Shown in pieces: positions 41,377-49,038 of a DNA stretch of 64,000 bases (the first letter of the stretch is position 1; each line of letters starts with the position of its first letter). The notes under the pieces are model-generated. The model saw nothing but the letters and a program-made list of their open reading frames with translations, was not told the DNA's origin and ran no database searches. Origin of the DNA: Spirochaetales bacterium (GTDB lineage: Bacteria > Spirochaetota > JAAYUW01); assembly GCA_012797605.1 (NCBI GenBank), contig JAAZOT010000012.1, positions 40,293-104,292 of the forward strand, in the 5' to 3' direction. The translations under genes were made by a program, and so were the position numbers.

Positions 41377-42733
41377 TTATAGTATACTCCTTTATAAATT
41401 GTTCTATACCTAAACTTATTGAATATCCAAGTAAGTTTATGTAATTATCTGAAAGCATTATTTTTACATCATTTGGATTAGTTATATATCCCATCTCAAT
41501 TAATATTGCAGGCATTTCAGAATATGCAAGCACATAAAATGGAGCCCCTTTTACAAAAGAAGCATTTATATCTTTTACATTGTTTTTAATATTATTAAAA
41601 CAGTAAGTAGCAAGTTTTGATGATTCAAATATCAATTGTTCATTTAATAATCTATTTATTATATTATTTAACAACGATTCTCCAACTTCTTTGTTTTCAT
41701 ATTTGACTAGATCTTTTATTTTTTCATCGATAATATCATAATCTAAATAATAAACCTCAATTCCACTTTTTTTACTTGAATATGGATTGGCATTAGCATG
41801 CAAGGAAATAAAAATTCCAGTTTTGGTTTCAGAAAGATTTTTGTTCGCCAATTTAACTCTTTCTTCTAATGTGAGTTTTATATCTTTTTCTCTTGTAAGA
41901 TAGATAGAAAGATAAGGAAATTTTGAATTTAATATGTTTTTAAGTTTTAGTGCAACTTTTAAGTTTATGTCCTTTTCATAAACATTAGAACCAACGGCTC
42001 CAGGATCTTCACCCCCATGTCCTGCGTCTATAACTATAAAAGATATGACTTTAAAATCAACCATTTTTGCTTGAGCATAAGAGTAAAATGTCTCTTTTTC
42101 TTTCTGTATAGGAGTTGAGTTATCCTGCTCATTTTTTTTATCTTCTTGATTTTTCTTCTCTTCATCTGTTTTATCAGTCTGAATATCTTTTTTCTCTTCA
42201 TTATTATCTTTATTATCATTATCCTTTTTATCTGTTTTATTTTCTTCTTTTACTATCTCCTCTTCCTTTTTTTCTTGATCTTTTTTTAATTCATTATCAT
42301 TTTTTTCTAAATTTTTTTTATATTCCAAATACCAATCATCATAAATTTGTTTATTTTTAATTGGGATAAAAAATACATTATAGAGAGAGTATATAAGCTG
42401 CTGCGGAATAATTAATTTACCATTAATAGGAACTATTTTTTTTGATACATTTATGACATTATATTTATAAAAACATATTCCAGAACTATCAAATGTTAGA
42501 ATTTCATTTGTACCTTTTTTACTAAAAGAGTAAGTGTCTATTATATGATCATAAGAAATTGAAATTCCGAAATCTTCATAAAGAGTTGTATTAAAAAATG
42601 TTAGATTAATTGAAGCAGATAAATAGACTGAAAAAAGTAAGAAGATAATTAGAAAAAAGGAAGAATAAAATAAAAAAAATGAGGTAAAAGATATTTTTCT
42701 GGAAAATTTAAGATCTTTGTTTTTTGATAGCAT
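41351..42733 (-). CDS. N-acetylmuramoyl-L-alanine amidase (Amidase_3, AmiC-like) with an acidic/basic low-complexity linker
   Basis: Catalytic domain IVIDAGHGGEDPGAVG...SLHANA...GIEVYY...PAILIEMGYITNPND. TM anchor. K/E/D/N-rich linker at about nt 42092-42319. The track start 42796 is TTG; ATG 42733 (MLSKNKD) is preferred. Confidence 0.88.
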   Translation of the reverse strand: MLSKNKDLKFSRKISFTSFFLFYSSFFLIIFLLFSVYLSASINLTFFNTTLYEDFGISISYDHIIDTYSFSKKGTNEILTFDSSGICFYKYNVINVSKKIVPINGKLIIPQQLIYSLYNVFFIPIKNKQIYDDWYLEYKKNLEKNDNELKKDQEKKEEEIVKEENKTDKKDNDNKDNNEEKKDIQTDKTDEEKKNQEDKKNEQDNSTPIQKEKETFYSYAQAKMVDFKVISFIVIDAGHGGEDPGAVGSNVYEKDINLKVALKLKNILNSKFPYLSIYLTREKDIKLTLEERVKLANKNLSETKTGIFISLHANANPYSSKKSGIEVYYLDYDIIDEKIKDLVKYENKEVGESLLNNIINRLLNEQLIFESSKLATYCFNNIKNNVKDINASFVKGAPFYVLAYSEMPAILIEMGYITNPNDVKIMLSDNYINLLGYSISLGIEQFIKEYTISEGFKKIQ

Positions 42734-44576
42734 ATATCTCACATATATCTCCAAAAGCAAGTATATTAATGATTTTTTCAAACATTTTTTTACCAATTAT
42801 TTTTACAAAAAATAAAGATATCTTATTGAATCTTTTATAATGAATATTTGGAATAGTTATTTTATAAGTGATAAAACCAATTTTTTTCAAAAATTTCTTA
42901 AAACTATATGGATTAAAATCATAGAAATGATCCTCTGGTCTTGTTTTGAAATAGTTATTTCTATTCTTTTTAAAATAAAACATAGGACCAAACTGAGAAG
43001 GAAAAGATATAGATAATATACCATCTTGTTTCAAAAGTTCATATGCCTTTTTTAATATAAATTCGATATTCTTTATATGTTCAATACAGAACCAGAAAGT
43101 TATAAGATCAAATGAATTTTTTAGTTTATCATCTAATTTATCTATAGAATTATAAGCATTATAACCTTTATTTTCACAGAAACTTAAAGCATAGCTATTT
43201 GTCTCAATTATATAACCCTCAAGTTTTTTATTTACTTTAAGCAATTCATCTTTTAAGTCATCGAGGAAAAATCCTAATGCTCCTCCAAAGTCAATAGCCT
43301 TTATTCTTTCTTCATTTGCATTTTTTAATAAAGGCAAAATGCTCATTATTCTTCTTTTATTTAATTTTTTTATGTTTTCTCTATCATCAAAATATGTTTT
43401 ACCATATACGCTTTTATATTCATCTACATAGTATTTTTCTTTAGTATCCTCATTCATTTTTTCATATCTAATGTTTTCTTTTATTATTGTTTTACATTTT
43501 GTACAGATAAGAAGATGGTATCTTTCTTCCATCCATATGATTTTCTTTTTTTTACCTCCGCAAATAGTGCAATTATTATTAATATTATTATTATTTTCTA
43601 TTATAAATTTTAATGTTTCACCAAACAACTCTTTAATCAATTTTTTATCTGAAATTTTATTATTACCTAGTTGGTTGGCAATTAATTTGTTATCCATAGT
43701 ATTATTTTCTTTTTCACTATTTAATTGTTCTTGAATTTTAGAATTATCTATTTCTTTTAATAAATTTGTTAATAATATTATAAATTTTTTAGAATCAATT
43801 TTTCCATTTCTTGATACATGAAAGGATTTGAAATATTTGTTTGCAAGTTTTTCATGATATTTTGTTGGAGAAACAATTATAAATCTTTTTTTTAATTTGA
43901 TTGATTCAAATAAAAATAAACCAAAATGGGTTATTACAATTTTAGCATTTAGCACTAATTTCTTAAAATAATCACTTCCAGTATTTATAATATCAAAATT
44001 AGCAAATATAGAATTTTGTTTTTGATTTTTGATTTTTTGATATTTCTTTTCTGGTAGAATAAATAGAACAGATTCATTAGAAATAAAATTTTTTTTATTA
44101 TTTAATACTTTGGCGACTTTAGATGAAAGATCATAGGGATCAAGATTTCCAAAACATATTAAAATATCGTAAGATTTTGTTTTGTTAAGGTAATCATCAA
44201 TATTTTTATCCTCAATATCAAAATCGTTTAAAATTAAATAAGGGAAAGTTCTAATATTACCCTGATCTTTTATCGATGGAAGACTATTATAATATAGCCT
44301 ATATCCTCTGTATATTTTAGGAAGGAAATAATCATCAAAAGAAATGACTTTTGAGTTTCCTAAAAAATTATCTATTTTTTCATTGGAATCTCTAAAATCT
44401 TTAATGATAATTTGATAAGCACTTAAGTCATTTTTAAAAATATCATTTTTCTTTTCAATTTTGAAAATATCAGAGTTATATCCAAGTTCTGTAAGTATAT
44501 CTTTGACTATTTTTTGTCTTTCCAGATGACCGGAACCAAATTTCTTACCGAAACCTGCTATTTGAATTATTTTCAT
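42708..44576 (-). CDS. Fusion protein: PseG/SpsG-like UDP-sugar hydrolase/GT28-like domain + zinc ribbon + class I SAM-dependent methyltransferase
   Basis: The N-terminal ~285 aa parallel Campylobacter PseG as I recall it (MKIIQIAGFGKKFGSGHLERQ ~ G.GH..R; VISFDD; YDILICFGNLDPYDLSSKVAKVL; AKIVITHFGLFLFESI). Then CTICGG...CTKCKT. The MTase motif I is AIDFGGALGFFLDDL, with later DLITFWFCIEHI and GILSISFP. Confidence 0.75.
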   Translation of the reverse strand: MKIIQIAGFGKKFGSGHLERQKIVKDILTELGYNSDIFKIEKKNDIFKNDLSAYQIIIKDFRDSNEKIDNFLGNSKVISFDDYFLPKIYRGYRLYYNSLPSIKDQGNIRTFPYLILNDFDIEDKNIDDYLNKTKSYDILICFGNLDPYDLSSKVAKVLNNKKNFISNESVLFILPEKKYQKIKNQKQNSIFANFDIINTGSDYFKKLVLNAKIVITHFGLFLFESIKLKKRFIIVSPTKYHEKLANKYFKSFHVSRNGKIDSKKFIILLTNLLKEIDNSKIQEQLNSEKENNTMDNKLIANQLGNNKISDKKLIKELFGETLKFIIENNNNINNNCTICGGKKKKIIWMEERYHLLICTKCKTIIKENIRYEKMNEDTKEKYYVDEYKSVYGKTYFDDRENIKKLNKRRIMSILPLLKNANEERIKAIDFGGALGFFLDDLKDELLKVNKKLEGYIIETNSYALSFCENKGYNAYNSIDKLDDKLKNSFDLITFWFCIEHIKNIEFILKKAYELLKQDGILSISFPSQFGPMFYFKKNRNNYFKTRPEDHFYDFNPYSFKKFLKKIGFITYKITIPNIHYKRFNKISLFFVKIIGKKMFEKIINILAFGDICEIYAIKKQRS

Positions 44577-44665
44577 ATTATTATTTTCATATTATTTTTT
44601 CTTAATTTATCTATAAGGATTTTATTGTTTTAATGAATAGTCTTAATATATTAATCTTATCGGTA

Positions 44666-45427
44666 TTAATCTTTATAATTTTTCTGAATCTCATTTATAT
44701 TGATTTCTAAATCGCTTTTATTATTTAAATAGATTCTTTCTATATCATCAAAATCTATTAAATATTGAGGTTTAGTATTTTCATCGAAATACTTTAATAT
44801 ATTTTGAGCGACAATGTAATCTTTTTCTGTATCGATTGTTAATCTTAAATTTGAAATCGATTCAAAATTATCAAATGGTTTTTTTAGTATAAAAAATTTA
44901 TCTGTATTTTCATATATGTAAGGAGTTACATGTTCAAAGTGATATGATTTATTTGCCTTTTGGTAACTTTCCCAAAATGCTTCCTTTTTTACAAATTCTG
45001 TTTGTGTCCCCAAAGGTAATTTATCCCTTACAAAATAATCTGGTAATTTTTGATTATTTTCAAAAAGATTTTCAAGAATTTCTATATTCTCTTTTATTAC
45101 TTTTAATGACACAAAAGGATTATCTGATGTGGCTCTTATAAGATAATCTGAATCATATTTTTCAAAAATTTTAGCGAACCTTTCAAGAACATTTTCTTCA
45201 CTGCCACCTTCGAGCTTAAAACCTTGAATGAGAAAATTTCTGAAAAATTCAACTTCCTTTGAAGGAACTGCCAGGATAAAGTATTCTATAAAAGAGTTTA
45301 GGGTTATCAATCTTTTCTGTAAAAATTTTACAATCTCATCTTCACCAAGTTTTTTTAATACTTTTTCTTTAAATCTTGTTGATTTTAATCTTGCCTGTAA
45401 AATTAATGTAAATTTTAATTTATTCAT
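44666..45427 (-). CDS. SpsF/PseF-type cytidylyltransferase (CTP_transf_3 family)
   Basis: ILQARLKSTRFKEKVL (the AR..S.R.P.K motif), RATSDNPF, LPLGTQTEF, and C-terminal LRLTIDTEKDY, typical of SpsF-like enzymes. Confidence 0.8.
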   Translation of the reverse strand: MNKLKFTLILQARLKSTRFKEKVLKKLGEDEIVKFLQKRLITLNSFIEYFILAVPSKEVEFFRNFLIQGFKLEGGSEENVLERFAKIFEKYDSDYLIRATSDNPFVSLKVIKENIEILENLFENNQKLPDYFVRDKLPLGTQTEFVKKEAFWESYQKANKSYHFEHVTPYIYENTDKFFILKKPFDNFESISNLRLTIDTEKDYIVAQNILKYFDENTKPQYLIDFDDIERIYLNNKSDLEININEIQKNYKD

Positions 45428-47013
45428 TAGAAGAAATAGGTGTAAAACTCATTACATTTATAACATAGATCAATGTAAGAATTTTCACAATGGTTCTTAT
45501 AAATTATTTTCATCGAGTTTATTATTTTTATAATATCATCTTCTATAGTTAAATTTAAAATCTTCCCATTAAAGTCAGAATAGCATAAAGCAATTTTTCC
45601 ATCAGAAAGTATGAAGATCTCCCGTCTAAGATGATAACAAGGAAATCTTTCAACAGGCGTTAAGTCTGCAACTTCAAGATTTTCTAGTTTCATTGAATAA
45701 GAGTTATATTTTCTAAAAATGATATTTTTCTCAAATTTTTGGAAATTGGAATAAAATGGTTCTATTTCTTCATCATTTTGAGGCATTCTTAAATAAGATA
45801 TAAAAACATTATCAGGATATTTTTCTAAAAGATTTGATAAAGTTTTTATAAGTATCGATAAAATCATCTTTTTACCTAGACTTTTATAGGTCTGTTCGTT
45901 TATTGCATCAAGACTGACTATTAAATAAATATTTTCTTTATTTTCAAATTTATCAAAGAAATCATCATTTAAAAAAGAACCATTAGTCTCAATATAAACT
46001 TTATTATTCTTAGACAAATATTCTATTATTTGATTAAAATCGCTATGAAAAAAAGGTTCTCCAAAACCTCCTATTATGAACCTTGCATCATTAAAAAAGA
46101 TTTTATTTTTTTCTATAAAGGAAAATAATCTTTCCTTATCTAAAAATTGTGAATCTCTTTCTAATCCTTTTGGATAAGGACAATGAATACATGAAAAATT
46201 GCATTTGCTTGAAAGCTCAATAATATATGTTTTAGGAATAGTATAAAGATTCTCAAGATTCCTTAAAATATTTTGTAAATCTTCCCATTCGATATTTAAT
46301 AAATTTTCAAATTCAGATATTTTAAAAAATTCTAGTTTTGCGATTAAATCTAATTTTTTTTCATCATTATTTTTTTTATTTAAAATTCTTGAATTAAAAA
46401 TCGAATAAATCAAAGGTAATGAAGAAAAATCTGAAATAGAAAGTGAAATACGATATGGAAGGTAATAATCAAAACCTTCTATCAAATCAATATCAAAAAG
46501 ACTTATATTTTTTAAAAGAATATCAAAAATAATATTTTGACGGTAACAATCCTTAGAATTTGACAATTTTATTAACTCATCTATTATCGAATTTTTAAAA
46601 ACTTCTCCAACTACTCCTTCTGGAAAATTTTCTCCATAATAATAATCCACAAGATATTTTTCAGCCTCTTCTATGATATGACTATTTTTTGAGATGGAAA
46701 ATAACGGATATGAAGCTGATAAAACCAAAGTAAAATTATTCTGATTTTTCAAATCTTTCTCAGTTAACATTTTTTCGTATGATTCAAGAAAGGATTTTAT
46801 ACTTCCATCATACTGGATTAAATTTTCATTATAAAAAAATTCTTCTATAATTTTTTTGTTTTTTTGTTCTATGACTATAAAAGGATTAAGTTTTGATTTG
46901 TCCAGAAAAGCATCGATTTTCTTTTTCAAAAAAGATAGATAATTATGAATTTCATCGAATTTATAAATATTGAATAATGCTGGTTCAAAAATCAAAACTA
47001 AATTATTATTCAT
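45427..47013 (-). CDS. Radical SAM / SPASM-domain enzyme with a ~260-aa N-terminal SpsF-like (degenerate) domain
   Basis: CNFSCIHC (Cx3Cx2C; nt 46180-46203), GGFGEPF, and C-terminal C-x12-G-x4-C (CYHLRREIFILSDGKIALC) followed by CENSYIDLCYKC. The N-domain has VLSASYPLF and FPEGVVGEVF but no AR..S.R motif. The stop and the start of the next gene overlap as TAATG. Confidence 0.85.
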   Translation of the reverse strand: MNNNLVLIFEPALFNIYKFDEIHNYLSFLKKKIDAFLDKSKLNPFIVIEQKNKKIIEEFFYNENLIQYDGSIKSFLESYEKMLTEKDLKNQNNFTLVLSASYPLFSISKNSHIIEEAEKYLVDYYYGENFPEGVVGEVFKNSIIDELIKLSNSKDCYRQNIIFDILLKNISLFDIDLIEGFDYYLPYRISLSISDFSSLPLIYSIFNSRILNKKNNDEKKLDLIAKLEFFKISEFENLLNIEWEDLQNILRNLENLYTIPKTYIIELSSKCNFSCIHCPYPKGLERDSQFLDKERLFSFIEKNKIFFNDARFIIGGFGEPFFHSDFNQIIEYLSKNNKVYIETNGSFLNDDFFDKFENKENIYLIVSLDAINEQTYKSLGKKMILSILIKTLSNLLEKYPDNVFISYLRMPQNDEEIEPFYSNFQKFEKNIIFRKYNSYSMKLENLEVADLTPVERFPCYHLRREIFILSDGKIALCYSDFNGKILNLTIEDDIIKIINSMKIIYKNHCENSYIDLCYKCNEFYTYFF

Positions 47014-47042
47014 TTGATTACCTATTCTTAATCTTTTAAAAA

Positions 47043-47756
47043 CTATACTACCTTAAAGCTAACTTCTTTTATATCATCCGAGCCAAATGATAAAATATCA
47101 TTTTTGTTTATCGGACCAACCCCTTCACAAGTTCCAGTTAAAATAATATCTCCAACAGTTAAAGTAAAATGCTTTGAAATAAATGATACAAGTTTTGGGA
47201 TATTAAATATCATAAAGGAAGCATCCGATTTTTGAACAATATTACCATTTTTTTTCAAATAAAATGGTTTTTTAAGTAAATCTTCTAAATTCTTGAAAGG
47301 ATAAATTGGTGTGATTGGACAGCTTGTATCAAAACCTTTAGAAATTAACCATGGACCACCATTTTTTTTTGCTTCTGTTTGCAAATCCCTACATGTTAAA
47401 TCAAGAGCTATTGCATAACCACCAATAATTTTTGATACTTCTTTTTCATCGATATTTTTGCATTCTTTGCAAATATAGATAGCGATTTCAACTTCATGAT
47501 GAATCAATTCTGAAAATTCTGGATATATTATATCTTCTCCTTCTTCTATTATAGCGAATGGAGGTTTTGAGAAGATCAATGGCTTTCCAATATTAATTGA
47601 TTTCAATTCTTCAATATGCTTAACATAGTTTTGTCCCACACAATATATTGTTGATACAGGAAGTAAGCGTCCATCAAAACCATGAATGCATTTTTTTAAG
47701 AAAGACTCTAGTTTAATCTCAAAAAAAGGTATGTTGGTATTTGAAGAATTTTTCAT
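47043..47756 (-). CDS. Fumarylacetoacetate hydrolase (FAH)-family protein
   Basis: IYCVGQNYVKHIEEL, HHEVEIAIYI, GYAIALDLTCRD, and C-terminal GDIILTGTCEGVGPI. Confidence 0.85.
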   Translation of the reverse strand: MKNSSNTNIPFFEIKLESFLKKCIHGFDGRLLPVSTIYCVGQNYVKHIEELKSINIGKPLIFSKPPFAIIEEGEDIIYPEFSELIHHEVEIAIYICKECKNIDEKEVSKIIGGYAIALDLTCRDLQTEAKKNGGPWLISKGFDTSCPITPIYPFKNLEDLLKKPFYLKKNGNIVQKSDASFMIFNIPKLVSFISKHFTLTVGDIILTGTCEGVGPINKNDILSFGSDDIKEVSFKVV

Positions 47757-47820
47757 AAGTTTTTCCTGCTTTTTATATAAATTTTAAGTATGATTATTAT
47801 ATAATCTTTAAGTAAGTTTG

Positions 47821-48954
47821 TTATATAAGTTTTAAGTATGCTCTTCTTCTTTTATGCTGTCGTGCCTCAAAATATTTCCAATGCCCTTGAACTTTTTCAT
47901 TTACTTCAAGCTCAGGGTTAGATTCTGCAGAGATAATACCTGCTTCCATTGCGGATCTGGTTAATTCTGTCATCATGAGTGCATCAACACCTTTACCCTG
48001 ATATTCAGGTAAAACAGCACCCAATAATAGATCGAGGTATTTAGGTTTCTTTAGTGCTAGAAGAAGATGAATAAAACCAAATGGGAATAGTTTTCCTTTG
48101 GCTTTTTGTAATGCTCTGTTCAAGGAAGGTATTCCTACAACCATACCAACAATTTTATCATCTTTGTTAAATACTAGTTTTACAAATTTCGGAGATAGAA
48201 ATGAAAAGTAAGATTTTATATAATATTGGATTTGTTTTTCAGTTAACTCTGTAACACCATATAAATTTTTATATGCTTTTTCAATGACTTCAAACACTTC
48301 TCTTCCATATTTATTTACAACTTGAGAGATATTGGTGAACTCTTTGACATGAAGTTGAAATCTTTCTTTAACTATTCTTGAAAGTTTTTCGGCTTTTTCT
48401 GGGATAGAATTTGGAACTTTAATCTCAAATTCAACCCAATCGGCATCTTTTTTCAATCCTAATTTTTCATAGTAATCAACATAATATGGATAGTTATAAA
48501 GAGTAGCCATTGTATTTAATTCGTTGAAACCTTCAATTAAAAGACCCTCATAATCAAGATCTGAAAATCCAAGTGGTCCATTTAAACCAACCATCCCTTT
48601 TGATTTTGCCCATTTTGTAACTTCATCAAAAAGAGCTTTTGCAACATCGAAATCTTCTATAAAATCAAACCATCCAAATCTTGCATACTTATTTCCCCAT
48701 TTCTTTATGTAGTTATGTTGAATTATGCCAGCAATTCTACCGACCATCTTATTGTTTATCCATGCTGTATAATATACAGCTTCGCATACTTCAAATGCTG
48801 GATTGATATCTTTTCTTAAGGTATTTAATTCATCTGAAAAAAGAGGTGGAACCCAATATTTATTATCCTTGTATAGGTCAAATTCAAACTGAATAAATTG
48901 TTTCAGTTCTTTTATGGTTTTTACTTCTCTAATTTCGATTCTCTTTTCTTCCAT
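47821..48954 (-). CDS. Large GNAT-like acyl-CoA N-acyltransferase-fold protein (function unknown)
   Basis: 377 aa. The C-terminal half carries an acetyl-CoA-binding-like block VLPEYQGKGVDALMMTEL (Q/R-x-x-G-x-G/A). The N-terminal half looks like a second, degenerate GNAT lobe. The call was made by eye. Confidence 0.55.
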   Translation of the reverse strand: MEEKRIEIREVKTIKELKQFIQFEFDLYKDNKYWVPPLFSDELNTLRKDINPAFEVCEAVYYTAWINNKMVGRIAGIIQHNYIKKWGNKYARFGWFDFIEDFDVAKALFDEVTKWAKSKGMVGLNGPLGFSDLDYEGLLIEGFNELNTMATLYNYPYYVDYYEKLGLKKDADWVEFEIKVPNSIPEKAEKLSRIVKERFQLHVKEFTNISQVVNKYGREVFEVIEKAYKNLYGVTELTEKQIQYYIKSYFSFLSPKFVKLVFNKDDKIVGMVVGIPSLNRALQKAKGKLFPFGFIHLLLALKKPKYLDLLLGAVLPEYQGKGVDALMMTELTRSAMEAGIISAESNPELEVNEKVQGHWKYFEARQHKRRRAYLKLI

Positions 48955-49038
48955 CTTGACACCTTTAATTTATTTTTTTTCTAATTTCAAATTCGATCTA
49001 TGAATCTAGTATAAGGGTTTATTTTGACTTATAATTTT

